Shown here: piece by piece, positions 62,123 through 64,000 of the stretch
Layout: the number at the start of each line of letters is the position of its first letter
Numbering within the stretch: the first letter of the stretch is position 1
Assembly: GCF_001194135.2 (NCBI RefSeq)
Contig: NC_068984.1
Location: 119,046,285-119,110,284, forward strand
Length of the DNA stretch: 64,000 nucleotides
Direction: 5' to 3'
DNA from: Octopus bimaculoides
Taxonomy: Eukaryota
Program-made: the position numbers and the translations under genes
Notes under the pieces: model-generated
Databases searched by the model: none
What the model saw: only the letters and a program-made list of their open reading frames with translations
What the model was told of the DNA's origin: nothing

Positions 62123-62394
62123 TCTCTCCCCCTCCTTTCTCTCTTGAATGATGTAGCAGCATATATTTTCTTGTTACCCCTCACCTTCTCTGTATGTACT
62201 TTAGTTAACCCCCCCCCTCCTCTCCCTTCATCCAGCAGCCCCCCCCCCACACTCTTTCATTTCTCTTCTTTTTTCTCTTTCTTAGTTTCTCATTACACAC
62301 ACACACACACGTGCATATACACAGAGACAGATCAACAGACAGAGCTGATTTTCTGTATGATCTTGTTTGAACCCCACGAGATGCAATGCTTGTT

Positions 62395-62557
62395 TATTCA
62401 CAATGTTTTGAATTAATTGTGCTTTGAGATTTTGATGATGTTCAGTTTTTAGAATGAAACTGTTGGGTAGGTCTGACAGACCAAGTCTGTCCAGTTTGAG
62501 TATAAAACAAGTAGAATATTTTGATTAGATATGGCCAATGTAAATGCTAAAGGGTTT
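62395..62557 (+). mobile_element. 3' part of piggyBac-type MITE
   Basis: Matches the right half of 36298-36513, ending AATGCTAAAGGG. Confidence 0.65.
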
Positions 62558-62639
62558 ATATAAAATGTTCAACAGAACATGCTTATTTAATATGAAATGT
62601 AAAGTATATTACATATAGTATATACAGTATATTACATAG

Positions 62640-63028
62640 GCACAGGAGTGGCTGTGTGGTAAGTAGTTTGCTTACCAACAACATGGTTCCAGGTTCAGTT
62701 CCACTGTGTGGCACCTTGACCAAGTGTCTTCTACTACAGCCTCGGGCCGACCAAAGCCTTGTGAGTGGATTGGGTAGGCAGAAACTGAAAGAAGCCCGTC
62801 GTATATATGTATATATACATATATGCGTGTTTGTGTGTCTGTGTTTGTCCCCCCACCATCGCTTGACAACTGATGCTGGTGTGTTTACGTAACATAGCGG
62901 TTCGGCAAAAAGAGACTGATAGAATAAGTACTAGGCTTACAAAGAATAAGTCCTGGGGTCGATTTCCTCGACTAAAGGCGGTGCTCCAGCATGGCCGCAG
63001 TCAAATGACTGAAACAAGTAAAAGAGTA
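62640..63028 (+). mobile_element. Full-length, little-diverged SINE family A
   Basis: CAGGAGTGGCTGTGTGGTAAG...CCTCGGGCCGACCAAAGCC...GGTGCTCCAGCATGGCCGCAGTCAAATGACTGAAACAAGTAAAAGAGTA. Confidence 0.93.
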
Positions 63029-64000
63029 TATTCTTTTGCAAGTCACTAACAATCACTGCTGAATTTCTATTCTCTTTCTCCAACTAAAAGACAGATTCCA
63101 ATTCATTCAGAATTTTCTGAAAGATCCACTCACTTTGCCACTATGTAACTTTGGATTCAGTTCTACTGCACAGCACTTTGGGCAAGNNNNNNNNNNNNNN
63201 NNNNNNNNNNNNNNNNNNNNNNNNNNNNNNNNNNNNNNNNNNNNNNNNNNNNNNNNNNNNNNNNNNNNNNNNNNNNNNNNNNNNNNNNNNNNNNNNNNNN
63301 NNNNNNNNNNNNNNNNNNNNNNNNNNNNNNNNNNNNNNNNNNNNNNNNNNNNNNNNNNNNNNNNNNNNNNNNNNNNNNNNNNNNNNNNNNNNNNNNNNNN
63401 NNNNNNNNNNNNNNNNNNNNNNNNNNNNNNNNNNNNNNNNNNNNNNNNNNNNNNNNNNNNNNNNNNNNNNNNNNNNNNNNNNNNNNNNNNNNNNNNNNNN
63501 NNNNNNNNNNNNNNNNNNNNNNNNNNNNNNNNNNNNNNNNNNNNNNNNNNNNNNNNNNNNNNNNNNNNNNNNNNNNNNNNNNNNNNNNNNNNNNNNNNNN
63601 NNNNNNNNNNNNNNNNNNNNNNNNNNNNNNNNNNNNNNNNNNNNNNNNNNNNNNNNNNNNNNNNNNNNNNNNNNNNNNNNNNNNNNNNNNNNNNNNNNNN
63701 NNNNNNNNNNNNNNNNNNNNNNNNNNNNNNNNNNNNNNNNNNNNNNNNNNNNNNNNNNNNNNNNNNNNNNNNNNNNNNNNNNNNNNNNNNNNNNNNNNNN
63801 NNNNNNNNNNNNNNNNNNNNNNNNNNNNNNNTCATATATTGGTAGAATGTGTCATTTAAAACATCATTTACTCTTGGCGTTTTTAAGAAAATTCTTTATT
63901 TTCGAAGTTATTTCGTGTTAAAGTTGTCGTATTTCGGTAATTTCAACCAATCAATGACGTCTATTGAGGTGAAAACAATTACTGCTGTGATTTGTCAACA

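Overview
AT-rich, gap-containing eukaryotic genomic DNA. The SINE, MITE and microsatellite repertoire points to a cephalopod, probably Octopus (inference; no database search run). The only host coding sequence I can support is the 58-nt first coding exon of a VAMP-associated protein gene (VAP, VAPA/VAPB/Vap33 family; MAKNLQVLILEPDNELRFRG) on the minus strand at 51292-51349. It lies in a CpG-rich island (about 47550-52450) with a CGCATGCG palindrome and a possible divergent first exon. I found no further VAP exon in the sequenced bases to the left, so everything from 51291 to base 1 appears to be one intron of at least 51 kb, unless exons are hidden in N gaps. That intron and the upstream flank are packed with decayed RTE and CR1 LINE fragments, several tRNA-derived SINE families, two mariners, a Chapaev3-type element with intact ends, tandem Helitrons, Tigger/pogo relics, piggyBac-type and hAT MITEs, and simple repeats. 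The most interesting unexplained signals are: AG|GTAAGT candidate recursive splice sites on the sense strand of the giant intron, one of which also ends a possible alternative hydrophobic N-terminal exon in phase with VAP exon 2; a 99-bp near-perfect foldback and a 20-bp hairpin in the pre-mRNA; an AUG-stop micro-uORF; and a recent 240-bp direct duplication bracketing the VAP promoter. I found no prokaryotic-type system (CRISPR, operon) and no convincing new multi-gene system.
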